Below are positions 20,764 through 31,137 of a DNA stretch of 64,000 nucleotides, piece after piece. Every line of letters starts with the position of its first letter. Position 1 is the stretch's first letter. Position numbers and translations under genes: made by a program. Where the stretch lies: the IMG/VR virus record IMGVR_UViG_3300009593_002680; one strand, 5' to 3'. This stretch comes from a virus. Below the pieces are notes generated by a model. That model searched no databases and was not told where the DNA came from. It worked only from the letters and a program-made list of their open reading frames with translations.

Positions 20764-21409
20764 AAAATTAGAAAGGGTTACAACTGCGGAAGGCAGAAAG
20801 TATGTTGGAGATGACAATGTACCTGTTCCAAGTGTAACTACAGTATTAGACAAAACATCTGATAAAACTGCTCTTATTGCCTGGCGTAAAAGAGTTGGCG
20901 AAGCAGAAGCAAACCGTGTTAGTAAAGAAAGTGCAGGGTTAGGTACTAAAGTACATGACGCATTAGAAAAACACATACTAGGTGAGGAAGTTACTTTTGG
21001 TAATAACATGGTTAGTGTTATGGCAAAAGACATGAGCGAACTTATGATTAAAGAAGGTTTTGCTAATGTAGATGAAGTTTGGGGTACTGAAATTGGATTA
21101 ATTGCACCAGGACTTTATGCAGGTACTACAGATTGTATTGGTATGCATAAAGGTGAAGAAGCAATTATAGATTTTAAAACTAGCAAAAAAATTAAAAAAG
21201 AGGAGTGGGTGCAAGACTACTTCTTACAATGTTGTGCATACGCAATGGCACACAATGAAATGTATAACACAAATATCAAGAAAGGTGTAATACTAATGGT
21301 CAGTAGGGATATAAAATTTAAAGAATATATTATAGAAGGTGCAAGATTTGAGATGTATTGCGACCTTTGGACCCAACGACTAGAAGAATATTATAGTAAG
21401 TTCGGATGA
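20738..21409 (+). CDS. PD-(D/E)XK exonuclease (Cas4/MGME1-like phage exonuclease)
   Basis: PSVTTVL, AGTTDCIG, IIDFKTS and DYFLQCCAYA motifs; likely start ATG 20738. Confidence 0.85.
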   Translation: MLKEKIQYKKLERVTTAEGRKYVGDDNVPVPSVTTVLDKTSDKTALIAWRKRVGEAEANRVSKESAGLGTKVHDALEKHILGEEVTFGNNMVSVMAKDMSELMIKEGFANVDEVWGTEIGLIAPGLYAGTTDCIGMHKGEEAIIDFKTSKKIKKEEWVQDYFLQCCAYAMAHNEMYNTNIKKGVILMVSRDIKFKEYIIEGARFEMYCDLWTQRLEEYYSKFG

Positions 21410-22434
21410 TATCAAAACAAGTCAGAATACTTAATCCTGTAGACGGACAACTAACACTAGAAGATTTCGAGATTGTAGAAGTAGAAATACCTGAGTTACA
21501 ATCCGGTGAAATGTTAATAGAAAATTCTTATTGTAGTACAGATCCATATATTAGAACAACAATGGGGTCTAATGACACTACTGATCCATTTAATACATTA
21601 CCAAATAAACCTATTCAAGGTGATGCTGTTGGTACAGTAATTGAAAGCAAAAACTCTGAATTTCCTGTAGGCACAAAACTAATACATAGGCATGGTTGGA
21701 GAACGCATACTGTTCTAAGTAATTTAGATGATAACGACTACACGATGAAAATACCTGAAAATCATAAAATGCTAGATTATCTTTCTATATACGGATTAGT
21801 AGGTATTACAGCATATTATTCATTAACAAAAGTATTAAATCCAAACCCAGGTGATATAGTTGCTATTGATGGTGCTACAGGTGGAGTAGGACAAATGTTT
21901 ATTCAAATGGCTGTAGCAAAAGGAATAAATGTTTATGGTGTTACATCAACAGACGAAAAAGTAGATTACATAAACAGTATTGGTGGAACTGGAGTACTAG
22001 TAACAACACCAGGTGGACTAGCAAAAATAAACAAGATTTATAATAATACTTTCCTTGATGGTATAGATTACTACCATTCAAATGTATGTTCTGAAAGAAT
22101 GTTACTAGCACTATTAAAATTAAATCCACAAGGACATCTAGTATTATGTGGTGCTATGAAAACATATAATAAACCTGCATTTAAAGTTTTAGGTCCCAAT
22201 ATAACATCTATTGTTCATAAAGACGCACACATACATGGTTGCTCATGGAGATTTTCTATAGATGAATGGAGACAAGAATTCTTTGACTTTGTTGATGAAA
22301 ACTATGATAAACTTATACCTAAATACCAAATTTATGAAGGTATAGAGTCTATGCCACAGCAATATGTGGACCAATTCTTTGTTTATGACGAAGATTCTAA
22401 TAAAAAGTTCGGAAGGTCTATTACCCAACTATAA
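21406..22434 (+). CDS. NADP-dependent oxidoreductase (MDR, prostaglandin/alkenal reductase-like)
   Basis: STDPY, GLVGITAYY, GATGGVGQ and LVLCGAM motifs. Confidence 0.8.
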   Translation: MISKQVRILNPVDGQLTLEDFEIVEVEIPELQSGEMLIENSYCSTDPYIRTTMGSNDTTDPFNTLPNKPIQGDAVGTVIESKNSEFPVGTKLIHRHGWRTHTVLSNLDDNDYTMKIPENHKMLDYLSIYGLVGITAYYSLTKVLNPNPGDIVAIDGATGGVGQMFIQMAVAKGINVYGVTSTDEKVDYINSIGGTGVLVTTPGGLAKINKIYNNTFLDGIDYYHSNVCSERMLLALLKLNPQGHLVLCGAMKTYNKPAFKVLGPNITSIVHKDAHIHGCSWRFSIDEWRQEFFDFVDENYDKLIPKYQIYEGIESMPQQYVDQFFVYDEDSNKKFGRSITQL

Positions 22435-22460
22435 ATAGAACTCTACATTTCCGTTTAAAT

Positions 22461-22468
22461 GATAAATA
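22461..22468 (+). promoter_or_regulatory. Late promoter box GATAAATA (second box TATAAATA at 22430-22437)
   Basis: Upstream of GGAG and GTG 22499. Confidence 0.7.
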
Positions 22469-22498
22469 CATACATAAACGTTATCGGAGTTAAATATA

Positions 22499-25162
22499 GT
22501 GTCACACCAAGACGATGCAAATTTAAAAGTTATTATAAGTAGGATTCAGCAAAGAAGAGGGCTGAAACAAGATTTACCACATCCATTGAGACCAGGTGAA
22601 ATTGGTTTCGCTACGGATAGTAGACAAGTTTATATTGGTGCAGATACAGATGATACTGTTAGTAAAACTTTTAACAAAACAGTATATTTAGAGAATACAT
22701 TAGGTGCTCAATCAACTTCATTAAATATTGCAAACACTCAAATTATTAAATTTGAAGTACCACACATTAGATTTGCTAAAGGTAGTAGTACATTTGATGG
22801 TGTAAGTAAAACTCAATCATGGTTTGCAAATACTTCTACAACATACAATTTATCAGATAACAGTAATGTTGCTAGAACAACTTTTGATGTTACAGTTGCT
22901 AATTCAGGGAATTCAGTAGTTAATCAAAACCAAACTGCAAAGGCATTTAATGCCGATGATGTAACAATTTTAATTGATGGCAAAAAACAAGTAGGTGATT
23001 CTAGTGGAACTGGTGCAACAGTAAATGCATCTTTTGATTATAATTTTGTAACAGGTAATGCTACAGGCGATAGTCATACAGTTTATTTTAGAACTGCTCC
23101 TACTAATGCAGAACAAGTAGCAATAACATATTATGGTAATACGCATGTTAATCATGCTATTGCAAATAGTGTTATAGCAAATGGTGCCACAGTAACTGGT
23201 TTCCATACACAAATGAGCATACCTGAATATAGGTATATTGATCCAGATTTAGTTTTAGTTAATCCAGAAGCAGGTTCAGGATGTATAGGTTTAGAAACTA
23301 AACACATAGATGTTGTTCAAGAAGGTTCCGGTGTTTCTAATGTAGCAAACTTAACATTAGGTAATATTGTTGCAGTTAAAGATCCACTTGATCCAGCATT
23401 ATATAGTCCAGATCCAGCAAATGCAAACGCACAAATTTATACAGGTATAAGCAACGTAAGTGCTACTAAGAGTGGTACAGTTCATGATGATGAACTAATT
23501 ACTTTTGATATGGGTGCTGATAGTGTTGCCTTTACAGCCTATGCAAATGCTAGTGGTGGATATAATGGTTATGTTTGGTTAGAAGGTCAATCAGGAACAG
23601 CAGTTGCAGGTAATACAACAATTGAAACGCAACATTACTTACATCAAAAACTTTTACCAATACAAGCAAATAGTGTTGGTACTACATTTACAATTTCAAC
23701 ACCAGCAAATACATTCCAAACTGCTAGAGCAGTAACAACAACTGGAAGTGGTACTATTACTGTAACAGGTAATGTTGAAGGATTAACAAATGGAGATAAA
23801 GTTAGATTTGCAGGAGCAAATGCAACAAACTTTACAAATGCTCCATATACTATTTCAAGTTTAAATGCAGGTGCAGGAACATTCCAAGTTACAGAAGCAG
23901 GACAAACTACTGCTATTGCAGGTAACTTAGACTTTATTAACCATGGTGGCAATGTTGCAAACGTGCAAATATTCAGTTTAAATCATGGTATCCCAACAAC
24001 ATCAAATGTAGTGTTTGATGTAGCAGTTGGTGGAGAAAGTGCTAATACAGAAGTTGAAACTGTAGGCGACCAAGATACTACAACAACTAATACATTCTTT
24101 GTTAGTGCGGCTAGTGTTACAGCAAACGCAACTGGTAACATGAGTCCATTTATAACAAACTTAACAACAGCAGACGGTTTAAGTATTAAAGAAGGATACC
24201 TATTAGACCTTTCAGGAACAACTACACTTAATGGTGCAATAGCAACATTAAACGGTAAACAAAAATGGATTAGAATGAGTTTGAAACCAGGCATTAATGA
24301 TGAAGCATACGTTTATAGTAATGACCAAACTCAATATAGATTATTTGATGATCCACAAAATGATGGTAACACATGGACAGCATTAGGATTAAATGAAGGA
24401 TACTTTACAAGAAAAGACCATACAATTAAATCAAAATTAGAAAAATGGTTTAAAAATCCAGTTGGAAACACTTCAGCAAATCCAGGTGTTTTAGGCGATG
24501 AGAAAGTTAATATACTTTCTAATGTGTTTATTAACCAACCATATAGTGATGAAACATTTGATACTTGGTTAGTTGATATAGATACAACAAACGGTGAAAT
24601 AGACTTTAACAGTAATGACGAAGCAGGACACTTTGCAGAAATAGTAAACAAATTATACTTCAATACATCAAATCCAGACAAACGTGGACTAACAACTGTT
24701 AAAACAAATATAGAATTATTAACAACTGCCGCTCAAGAAAGTGGGCAGTCAGTAAGTACATTTACTCAACCACAACAATTAACAATTGGTACAGGTAATG
24801 TAACACTTACAAATTTAGGATCGGATGCAAGTATATATGATACACTATATGTTGATTATTCACTTGTAGGTACAACACTAGATCCAAGTAATGCAAATGT
24901 ATCAAGATACTATAATAGAGTAGGAACTCTTATGTATCATGGTAACCCAAGTGCAGACGTACAAGCAAATGGTGTTGCAAATGGTGTTGTAACAATAAAC
25001 GATATTTCCACAGAAAACAAAGATGCTAACATTACTGGTAACTTAACCTTCTCAGCAAGTATGGCTAACGGTACTATTAGTATTGGATGTAACAATGACC
25101 TTACACCAACAACATCAAATGTTGTTATGAAGTACATTGTGCGTAGATGGAAATCACAGTAG
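22499..25162 (+). CDS. Tail/baseplate-associated structural protein with Mtd/hyaluronidase-type N-terminal domain
   Basis: ISRIQQRRGLKQDLPHPLRPGEIGFATDSRQVYIG; T/N/G/A-rich beta-type body. Confidence 0.7.
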   Translation: MSHQDDANLKVIISRIQQRRGLKQDLPHPLRPGEIGFATDSRQVYIGADTDDTVSKTFNKTVYLENTLGAQSTSLNIANTQIIKFEVPHIRFAKGSSTFDGVSKTQSWFANTSTTYNLSDNSNVARTTFDVTVANSGNSVVNQNQTAKAFNADDVTILIDGKKQVGDSSGTGATVNASFDYNFVTGNATGDSHTVYFRTAPTNAEQVAITYYGNTHVNHAIANSVIANGATVTGFHTQMSIPEYRYIDPDLVLVNPEAGSGCIGLETKHIDVVQEGSGVSNVANLTLGNIVAVKDPLDPALYSPDPANANAQIYTGISNVSATKSGTVHDDELITFDMGADSVAFTAYANASGGYNGYVWLEGQSGTAVAGNTTIETQHYLHQKLLPIQANSVGTTFTISTPANTFQTARAVTTTGSGTITVTGNVEGLTNGDKVRFAGANATNFTNAPYTISSLNAGAGTFQVTEAGQTTAIAGNLDFINHGGNVANVQIFSLNHGIPTTSNVVFDVAVGGESANTEVETVGDQDTTTTNTFFVSAASVTANATGNMSPFITNLTTADGLSIKEGYLLDLSGTTTLNGAIATLNGKQKWIRMSLKPGINDEAYVYSNDQTQYRLFDDPQNDGNTWTALGLNEGYFTRKDHTIKSKLEKWFKNPVGNTSANPGVLGDEKVNILSNVFINQPYSDETFDTWLVDIDTTNGEIDFNSNDEAGHFAEIVNKLYFNTSNPDKRGLTTVKTNIELLTTAAQESGQSVSTFTQPQQLTIGTGNVTLTNLGSDASIYDTLYVDYSLVGTTLDPSNANVSRYYNRVGTLMYHGNPSADVQANGVANGVVTINDISTENKDANITGNLTFSASMANGTISIGCNNDLTPTTSNVVMKYIVRRWKSQ

Positions 25163-25172
25163 ACAGTAAACA

Positions 25173-25598
25173 ATGTTCGAAAAAACTAGCGATGTCACTC
25201 GTCGCTTAAACCAGTGGAGAGAACTTAGGCACTACGCAACAAGCGAAGAAGCAGTTCTTGAAGCATTTTCCCAAGTAAAAATACTACCTAGATACCTAGA
25301 TTATTGGAGCCCAAACGACTGGCCCAATGCATTTGAAATAATAGAACATGGTTACTTTTGTGCAACAGGAATAGCCATCCTTTTATACCAGACATTAGGT
25401 AATTTAAAATACCTAAATCAATACGAAACGTCCTGGAAAGTGATAAGTAATCATGTTACAGGAAATGATGGAGCGGTGTTTATACATAATGAAAAAGTGT
25501 ATAATTTAACTCCAGGTCAGACTAATAATTTAGATGATTTGGTTGCACTTTCTATCACTTTAAAAGATTTCAAAAATCTTCACATTCCTCTAATTTAA
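25173..25598 (+). CDS. Hypothetical protein
   Basis: 141-aa ORF; W-P-N-A-F-E motif. Confidence 0.65.
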   Translation: MFEKTSDVTRRLNQWRELRHYATSEEAVLEAFSQVKILPRYLDYWSPNDWPNAFEIIEHGYFCATGIAILLYQTLGNLKYLNQYETSWKVISNHVTGNDGAVFIHNEKVYNLTPGQTNNLDDLVALSITLKDFKNLHIPLI

Positions 25599-25601
25599 CA
25601 C

Positions 25602-25630
25602 TTGACGTAATATGCTTTAGGTGTTATACT
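25602..25630 (+). promoter_or_regulatory. Sigma70-type promoter for nrdAB
   Basis: TTGACG-17 nt-TATACT. Confidence 0.75.
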
Positions 25631-25661
25631 ATCAAAAGAACAAACATAATAGGACAAACAC

Positions 25662-27968
25662 ATGCAGGTACAAAAAAGAGATGGACGACTTGAAGACTTA
25701 AACATAGACAAGTTGCACAAAGTCGTTATGTATGCTTGTGAAGATATCACTGGAGTAAGTGCATCACAAGTAGAGATAAATTCTCAAATTCAATTTTTCG
25801 ATAAAATAGTCACAGAAGATATTCAAGAAACTTTAATCAAAAGTGCCGCAGACCTTATAACGGAAGAAACCCCAAATTACCAATATGTAGCAGGTAGATT
25901 AATTAACTATCATTTGCGTAAAATGGTATATGGTGAGTTTGAGCCACCTTGTTTGTGCGATATTGTTCAGGATAATATTGATAAAGGATTTTATGATCCT
26001 GAGTTTGTTGAACTGTTTACTAAAGATGAAATTAATGAACTACAAAGTTTTATAGACCATAGCAGAGATGAGTATTTAACTTATGCGGCTATGGAACAAT
26101 TCCGTGGTAAGTATCTTGTACAAAACAGAGCAAGTGGTCAAATATTTGAAACACCACAAGTTGCATACATGATGATTGCGGCTACATTGTTTAGTAAGTA
26201 TCCTGCAGAAACAAGAATGTCTTATATTAAAAGATATTATGATGCTATCTCACGTTTTAAAATTTCTTTGCCTACACCAGTTATGGCAGGAGTAAGAACA
26301 CCTCAAAGACAATTTAGTAGTTGTGTATTAATAGAAGCAGATGATAGTTTAGATAGTATTAATGCAACTGCTAGTAGTATTGTTAAGTATGTAAGTCAAA
26401 AAGCAGGTATTGGTATAGGTGCAGGTAGAATTAGAGCAATAGGATCTAAAATTAGAAGCGGCGATGCAACACATACTGGAGTTATTCCTTTTTATAAATT
26501 ATTCCAATCAGCAGTTAAGTCTTGCAGTCAAGGTGGAGTAAGAGGCGGAGCGGCTACATTATATTATCCTATTTGGCATTTAGAAATTGAGGACATGTTA
26601 GTTCTTAAAAACAATAAAGGAACAGAAGATAATAGAGTACGTCATATGGATTATGGTGTACAGTTTAACAAACTTATGTACGAAAGATTATTAGAAGGCG
26701 GTGATATCACTTTATTCTCCCCACATGATGTACCAGAAGTATATGATGCTTTCTTTAATGACCAAGATAAGTTTAAAGAGTTATACGAAGCGGCAGAAAG
26801 AAAAACTAGTATTAGGAAAAAGACTATTTCAGCAGTAGAATTGTTTAGTAACTTTGTACAAGAAAGAAAAGATACAGGAAGAATTTATTTAATGAATGTT
26901 GACCATGCTAATACACATGGAGCATTTATAGAAGATATTGCACCTATTAAACAAAGTAATTTATGTTGTGAAATTAATTTACCTACTAAACCTTTAAGTG
27001 ATATAAATGACCCTGATGGTGAAATTAGCCTATGTACATTAAGTGCTGTTAATTGGGGTGCCATTAAGAGTTTAGACTCAATGGAAAATGTTTGTGATTT
27101 AGCAGTTAGAGGACTTGATGAATTGCTAGACTATCAGGAGTATCCTGTAGAAGCGGCAAGGCGTAGCACTATGAATAGACGTCCACTAGGTATTGGTATT
27201 ATTAACTTTGCATATTGGATGGCTAAAAATAGTAGTACATATCAAGAACCAAATTTAGAAATGGTAGACACATGGGCAGAAGCATGGAGTTACTATTTGA
27301 TTAAAGCAAGTGCCGACTTGGCAGTTGAAAAAGGTGCATGTCCATTAAGTAATGAAACAAAGTATGGACAAGGATTAACACCTAACCAAACATATAAGAA
27401 AGACGTTGACGAATTAGTTAAGCATCAAGAACGTGCAGATTGGAAAGCATTAAGAAAACAGTTAAAAGAAACAGGAATTAGAAATAGTACATTAATGGCA
27501 TTGATGCCAGCAGAAACTTCTGCACAAATTAGTAATAGCACTAATGGTATTGAACCACCTAGAAGTTATGTAAGTATCAAGCAAAGCAAACATGGAGTAC
27601 TAAAACAAGTTGTTCCAGGTTTCCCAAGGCTCAAAAACAAATATGATTTGTTATGGGACCAAAAGTCACCTGAAGGATATCTTAAGATTATGGCAGTCCT
27701 ACAAAAATATATAGACCAGGGTATTTCGGTAAATACATCTTACAATCCACAACACTTTGAAGATGAGAAAGTGCCTATGAGTTTGTTGTTACAACACCTT
27801 ATTATGTTTTATAAATATGGTGGCAAACAGTTGTATTACAATAACACTCATGATGGACAAGGTGAGATTGATATAAATCAAATGAATGCAGAAGCAAATG
27901 TTCCTACATTCATAGAGTCGAACGAAGCACTACTAGACGAGGACGATTGCGATAGTTGTAAGATATAA
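25662..27968 (+). CDS. nrdA: Ribonucleoside-diphosphate reductase class Ia, alpha subunit
   Basis: N-terminal ATP cone (VQKRDG), SSCVLI, SNLCCEI, LMPAETSAQISNSTNGIEP and C-terminal CDSCKI; no intein. Confidence 0.97.
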   Translation: MQVQKRDGRLEDLNIDKLHKVVMYACEDITGVSASQVEINSQIQFFDKIVTEDIQETLIKSAADLITEETPNYQYVAGRLINYHLRKMVYGEFEPPCLCDIVQDNIDKGFYDPEFVELFTKDEINELQSFIDHSRDEYLTYAAMEQFRGKYLVQNRASGQIFETPQVAYMMIAATLFSKYPAETRMSYIKRYYDAISRFKISLPTPVMAGVRTPQRQFSSCVLIEADDSLDSINATASSIVKYVSQKAGIGIGAGRIRAIGSKIRSGDATHTGVIPFYKLFQSAVKSCSQGGVRGGAATLYYPIWHLEIEDMLVLKNNKGTEDNRVRHMDYGVQFNKLMYERLLEGGDITLFSPHDVPEVYDAFFNDQDKFKELYEAAERKTSIRKKTISAVELFSNFVQERKDTGRIYLMNVDHANTHGAFIEDIAPIKQSNLCCEINLPTKPLSDINDPDGEISLCTLSAVNWGAIKSLDSMENVCDLAVRGLDELLDYQEYPVEAARRSTMNRRPLGIGIINFAYWMAKNSSTYQEPNLEMVDTWAEAWSYYLIKASADLAVEKGACPLSNETKYGQGLTPNQTYKKDVDELVKHQERADWKALRKQLKETGIRNSTLMALMPAETSAQISNSTNGIEPPRSYVSIKQSKHGVLKQVVPGFPRLKNKYDLLWDQKSPEGYLKIMAVLQKYIDQGISVNTSYNPQHFEDEKVPMSLLLQHLIMFYKYGGKQLYYNNTHDGQGEIDINQMNAEANVPTFIESNEALLDEDDCDSCKI

Positions 27969-29065
27969 TGGCAGTATTTAATAGTAAAAATAAAAAACAT
28001 CATACAAAAGCAAAAATGTTTTTAGACCCAAGTGGGGGTGTTAATGTTCAGCGATTTGATGTTGTTAAATATAAACAGTTTGAAAAATTAACTGAAAAGC
28101 AACTTGGATTCTTTTGGAGACCTGAAGAAGTTGATATTCTTAAAGATGCAAAAGACTTTAAAGAACTTACAGACTTTGAACAACATATTTTTACTAGTAA
28201 TTTAAAAAGACAAATACTTTTAGATAGTGTACAAGGACGTTCACCTAATTTAGCATTGTTGCCTGTAGTAAGTGTTCCTGAATTAGAAACATGGATTGAA
28301 ACTTGGGCATTTAGTGAAACTATTCACAGTAGAAGTTATACACATATTATTAGAAATGTATATTCCGATCCAAGTAAAGTATTTGATGAAATGCTAAACA
28401 TTAAAGAGATTACAGATTGTTCTGATGCTATTACAGAAAACTATGACAAACTAATAGAACAAAACTATGCTAGAGAACGTGGCTTACAAAGTTATGATGA
28501 ATACGAGCATAAGAAAGCATTGTACAAATGTATAATGAGTGTAAACATATTAGAAGGTGTACGTTTTTATGTTTCATTTGCATGTAGTTGGGCATTTGCT
28601 GAACTTAAGAAAATGGAAGGTAATGCTAAAATTATTAAACTAATTGCTAGAGATGAAAATGTACATTTAGCAAGTACACAACAAATGTTAAAAATCTTAC
28701 CACAAGATGATAAAGACTATGAAAAAATTGCAAAAGAACTAAAAGAAGAATGTACTCAAATGTTCCTAGATGCAGTTGAGCAAGAAAAAGAATGGGCAGA
28801 CTACTTGTTCAAAGACGGAAGTATTATTGGACTAAACGCAGAACTGTTAAAGCAATATATAGAATTTATTGCAGGTAAAAGAATGAGAGCAGTAAATTTA
28901 GAAACACCATTCAATACAGGAACAAATCCTTTACCTTGGACCCAAGCATGGATTACTGGTGGTAGTGTTCAAGTAGCACCACAAGAAACTGAAATAAGCA
29001 GTTATGTTATTGGTGGCACTAAACAAGATGTAGATAAAGATTCCTTCAAAGGCTTTTCTCTTTAA
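27968..29065 (+). CDS. nrdB: Ribonucleoside-diphosphate reductase class Ia, beta subunit
   Basis: FFWRPEE, LLDSVQGR, ETIHSRSY, LEGVRFYVSF, RDENVH and APQETEISSY. Confidence 0.97.
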   Translation: MAVFNSKNKKHHTKAKMFLDPSGGVNVQRFDVVKYKQFEKLTEKQLGFFWRPEEVDILKDAKDFKELTDFEQHIFTSNLKRQILLDSVQGRSPNLALLPVVSVPELETWIETWAFSETIHSRSYTHIIRNVYSDPSKVFDEMLNIKEITDCSDAITENYDKLIEQNYARERGLQSYDEYEHKKALYKCIMSVNILEGVRFYVSFACSWAFAELKKMEGNAKIIKLIARDENVHLASTQQMLKILPQDDKDYEKIAKELKEECTQMFLDAVEQEKEWADYLFKDGSIIGLNAELLKQYIEFIAGKRMRAVNLETPFNTGTNPLPWTQAWITGGSVQVAPQETEISSYVIGGTKQDVDKDSFKGFSL

Positions 29066-29066
29066 A

Positions 29067-29489
29067 ATGAAATCAGTACAATTTTTCCGCGACTTGCCCT
29101 ATTCAAAACCTGACATATCTTTTAGATTTTATGAAACAACAATTTTAGATAAATCTACATTCCCTGACTTTGTTAAAGAAGAACTATTGCTAGATGAAAA
29201 TAGTATAGTTACTATTGAAGCAGTAAAAGGAGAAACTCCTACGCATACAGATGTTCCTCCAAGACAAGCACATCTTATATGTTATATTTCCAATAATCCT
29301 ATGTCAGTTACAACAAAAGACGGTAATTTTGTATTAAATTATGGTGATAGTATGGTCATAGACAGCACTAGTGAACATAGTGGAAGTGTTGGAGACCTAC
29401 AAAAAGGTAGGTTTTTTGCTATAGATTATGGTAAAAACTACCAAGAAACCATGGAAATTTATCAGAAAATTACCAGAAAAAATGGTTGA
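29067..29489 (+). CDS. Hypothetical protein, possible cupin/oxygenase-like fold
   Basis: HTD and EHSG motifs. Confidence 0.5.
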   Translation: MKSVQFFRDLPYSKPDISFRFYETTILDKSTFPDFVKEELLLDENSIVTIEAVKGETPTHTDVPPRQAHLICYISNNPMSVTTKDGNFVLNYGDSMVIDSTSEHSGSVGDLQKGRFFAIDYGKNYQETMEIYQKITRKNG

Positions 29490-29513
29490 CTTTCCCTAAA
29501 AAACCTGTATAAT
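29486..29513 (+). promoter_or_regulatory. Sigma70-type promoter
   Basis: TTGACT-16 nt-TATAAT with TG extension. Confidence 0.75.
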
Positions 29514-29548
29514 ATACTATATTAACAATTAAGTTGTAGGAGACTTAA

Positions 29549-29764
29549 ATGGCTACAGAACTTCGAAACGTACCAAAAACTGAGATATCACAAACTAGAT
29601 TTGCTGGTGGTGTAGAACGTGGCACTATGCTACAACTTACAGTATCTGACAATGGCAGTTTTCAAGCAATATCAGTAACACGTGAACAAGCGGCTCTATT
29701 AGCACAAGAACTACTGTTATTTGCTAATGGAAACGAAGTTCCAGAGATAAATCTAGTCAAATAA
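29549..29764 (+). CDS. Small early hypothetical protein
   Basis: AGGAG SD and upstream promoter. Confidence 0.75.
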   Translation: MATELRNVPKTEISQTRFAGGVERGTMLQLTVSDNGSFQAISVTREQAALLAQELLLFANGNEVPEINLVK

Positions 29765-29788
29765 TTACCAAAAAAAGTGGTAAAAAGG

Positions 29789-29817
29789 TTGACACTAACC
29801 CCCAAATTTAGTATAAT
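29789..29817 (+). promoter_or_regulatory. Consensus sigma70 promoter
   Basis: TTGACA-17 nt-TATAAT. Confidence 0.9.
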
Positions 29818-29851
29818 ATATACATAATTTGTTAAAAAGGTAGGAGATTTT

Positions 29852-30370
29852 ATGCAAACATTAGTGATACAGACTCAATATAGGGAAAACTATGCGGCTC
29901 ATAATGAAGATTATAAGCATGGTATAGATGAGCCTTATTGGAAGTTCAAGGGTGGTAGCACTTATTTTGTAACTAATCTTACTTCTGAGCAAATCAACAA
30001 GATTGCTCAAAATGGTATTCCGACTTTAACAAAGTTAATTGAGTATTCTAACCCAGCATCGGAAGAATATATCCTGGATTGGGAGATTCGTGACCTTGGT
30101 AAAAATGGCGACGGCAAAGGTCCAATTTGCGAACCATGGGAAACTCCAGTAGAGTTTTATTGGAAGATGGACCGTTGGTTATGTCGTACCCATCACACTC
30201 CTGCTAGAGAATATTCTCACTGGAATAGTGCTATCATAGGAAAGGCTGAGCAATGGATTCCTTTAGAGGAGCAAGGTAGGTCAGACTACAAATGTCAATA
30301 CAAGACTAGAAATGGTTGGTTTGACCAAAAAGACGCACAACTAAAAGCGGAGATTGAACAAGCCGCATAA
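29852..30370 (+). CDS. Early hypothetical protein
   Basis: AGGAG SD; TQYRENY...YWKFKGG motif. Confidence 0.75.
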   Translation: MQTLVIQTQYRENYAAHNEDYKHGIDEPYWKFKGGSTYFVTNLTSEQINKIAQNGIPTLTKLIEYSNPASEEYILDWEIRDLGKNGDGKGPICEPWETPVEFYWKMDRWLCRTHHTPAREYSHWNSAIIGKAEQWIPLEEQGRSDYKCQYKTRNGWFDQKDAQLKAEIEQAA

Positions 30371-30374
30371 CAAC

Positions 30375-30743
30375 ATGACAAGCAAACAGAAGAAACAAAT
30401 GCACAATTTTGTGCAAACCACATTAAAAATTGTGGGTTGTTCTTTATTGTTTCTTGGACTAACAATGAGTTTAGGTATATCGCATAATCCACACATGGAA
30501 CTATATGCCTATATAATGCTATTTGTTGGAACTATTATCATAATGACACATAGTTTAAGGGGTCATGACCATTTGTATTTGTTAGTATCAAGTGCAGGAT
30601 TCTTATTAGTTAGTAATGCTTTCTTAGGAACTGAAACTGCAATCATGTTAGCAGACAGTTATGGTATTGCATTAACTGAAGAACAGACTTGGTTTGCAAA
30701 ATATGGCAAACTTTTTGTCGAAATCTTAAAGGCTATATCTTAA
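30375..30743 (+). CDS. Multi-pass membrane protein
   Basis: Three hydrophobic helices; likely start ATG 30375. Confidence 0.65.
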   Translation: MTSKQKKQMHNFVQTTLKIVGCSLLFLGLTMSLGISHNPHMELYAYIMLFVGTIIIMTHSLRGHDHLYLLVSSAGFLLVSNAFLGTETAIMLADSYGIALTEEQTWFAKYGKLFVEILKAIS

Positions 30744-30747
30744 ATTA

Positions 30748-30755
30748 GATAAATA
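30748..30755 (+). promoter_or_regulatory. Late promoter box GATAAATA driving the riboswitch unit
   Basis: Same box as elsewhere, at the start of the 30744-31273 gap in the ORF track. Confidence 0.7.
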
Positions 30756-30823
30756 ATTGTGTATAAATTACACACATAATGTAACTTATACACCATAAGA
30801 CATGGTTTAAAAGTCTATTTACA

Positions 30824-30944
30824 ATCGTTCATTCACTCTAAATGTAGCAGTGAACGGAAGTAGGTAACCTGAAAACCTCTTACGAAAGTAAGGCAAGCAA
30901 GTAGGCATTCGCCGAACGAGACCGACAGTAACCGAAGGAACGCA
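30824..30944 (+). ncRNA. Glutamine riboswitch-like RNA (glnA-motif type) with enlarged P3
   Basis: P1 CGTTC(30826)/GAACG(30938); P2 TTCACT/AGTGAA; junction CGGAAGTAGG; P3 GGTAACCTG/CAGTAACC; then GAAG. This matches the glnA three-stem-junction consensus as recalled. Confidence 0.82.
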
Positions 30945-30972
30945 TCTAACTTAATTAATTGAGGAGGATGAT

Positions 30973-31137
30973 ATGACTTATTACAGAGGTATCAAGTATG
31001 ATCCCAAGAAATTACAAGCAGAGAAACCTGTTTCTTTGGCCGGTATTTACAGAGGCATCAAACACGATCCTATAGTAGCACAAAAGTCTGTGTCAGCATC
31101 ACACGGTACATACCGAGGTGTAGCATGGGAAAAGTAA
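30973..31137 (+). CDS. 54-aa DUF4278-like peptide with three YRG repeats (not in ORF track)
   Basis: GAGGAGG SD; MTYYRGIKYDPKKLQAEKPVSLAGIYRGIKHDPIVAQKSVSASHGTYRGVAWEK. Confidence 0.85.
   Translation: MTYYRGIKYDPKKLQAEKPVSLAGIYRGIKHDPIVAQKSVSASHGTYRGVAWEK

Noticed and set aside
20738-21409. Cas4-like nuclease as a sign of a CRISPR system
   Set aside because: No repeat-spacer array or other cas genes were seen; this is a common standalone phage exonuclease.
25662-29065. Inteins, introns or homing endonucleases in nrdAB (and in the helicase)
   Set aside because: Lengths are typical, the ORFs are continuous, and no splicing or LAGLIDADG/HNH motifs were seen.
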